A program made the translations under genes and the position numbers. From contig OZ176058.1 of assembly GCA_964247055.1 (NCBI GenBank), positions 744,001 to 808,000 on the forward strand: a DNA stretch of 64,000 nt. The letters are read 5' to 3'. The stretch comes from Paragordius varius. Taxonomy: Eukaryota > Animalia > Nematomorpha. Below the pieces are notes generated by a model. It saw nothing but the letters and a program-made list of their open reading frames with translations, was not told the origin of the DNA and did no database searches. Below, piece by piece: positions 63,447-64,000 of the stretch; the stretch's first letter is position 1; each line of letters begins with the position of its first letter.

Positions 63447-63847
63447 GTATTATATTTCTTTAGATAAATTTTGTTTTTAAAATATTTAATAATCATGTAG
63501 TATGTATTATGAAAAAAATATATAAAAAAATTAAATATTTTGATATTATTTGGAATTTATATTCATTAGATAATCGAATTTATTAAAAAAAACATTTTCG
63601 ATTACTACAAATGAAAGATTTATTCAATGTAATAATTAAAATAAAAATATAAATATGAAAATATAGGAAATTAGAAAAAGAAACCAAAAATAAAGATTTG
63701 ATAAGAATAAATTTAATGTCAAATAGTTACCAAAAAACATTAACATATTAATAATAAATTTTAATAATTAAAATCTAAAAATTAAAATATATAACTTTTT
63801 AAAAAATATTTAATTTTTTTTGTAAAAAATTTAAAAATATTAATTAG

Positions 63848-64000
63848 ATACTCAAATGAATGGATTATCTTCTTTTGGTGATTACATTAAAAGTGAAATG
63901 GTTAAAATTGACGCGACTAAAACGGAAACCGAAAAATCAGCTGATCTGGACGAAAAACCGAACGAAAAAAGGGCGAAAACGGTGAAAAGTCATTGTGAAG
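63848..64000 (+). CDS. RBM39: RBM39-like exon 6, open at the window end ((D)TQMNGLSSFGDYIKSEMVKIDATKTETEKSADLDEKPNEKRAKTVKSHCE)
   Basis: aattag acceptor; phase 1; open frame to the edge; repeats the KSADLD motif of exon 5. Confidence 0.7.

Overview
A very AT-rich (about 80% A+T by eye) eukaryotic, most likely animal, genomic window using the standard genetic code. The taxon cannot be fixed from the sequence. A Mag-type gypsy element, a Penelope-like element, an RBM39-type N-terminus and a 25-nt intron are compatible with a reduced or parasitic metazoan. Two host genes can be built exon by exon on the + strand with matching splice phases: APRT (4 exons, 16179-24238, first exon not found) and the 5' part of an RBM39/RBM23-like RS-domain splicing factor (59318 to window end). 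Mobile DNA includes a full-length, young but disrupted Ty3/gypsy retrotransposon (42282-46878; LTRs identical except a 3-bp indel; GTAAC target duplication), a decayed Penelope-like RT, four fragments of an R2/NeSL-like non-LTR RT, several MITE families and a foldback-like double inverted-repeat complex (33.3-36.3 kb). Multi-kb segmental duplications cover much of the window, including two copies of a frameshifted Ser/Thr/Val/Pro-repeat gene ending in FVGWGKKR. The most unusual observation is that the nearly pure-A/T APRT introns hold staircases of about 16 duplicated exon-intron junctions. Acceptor plus exon-start copies lie upstream of the live exons and exon-end plus donor copies lie downstream, differing mostly at synonymous or conservative codon positions. 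All alignments were done by eye.
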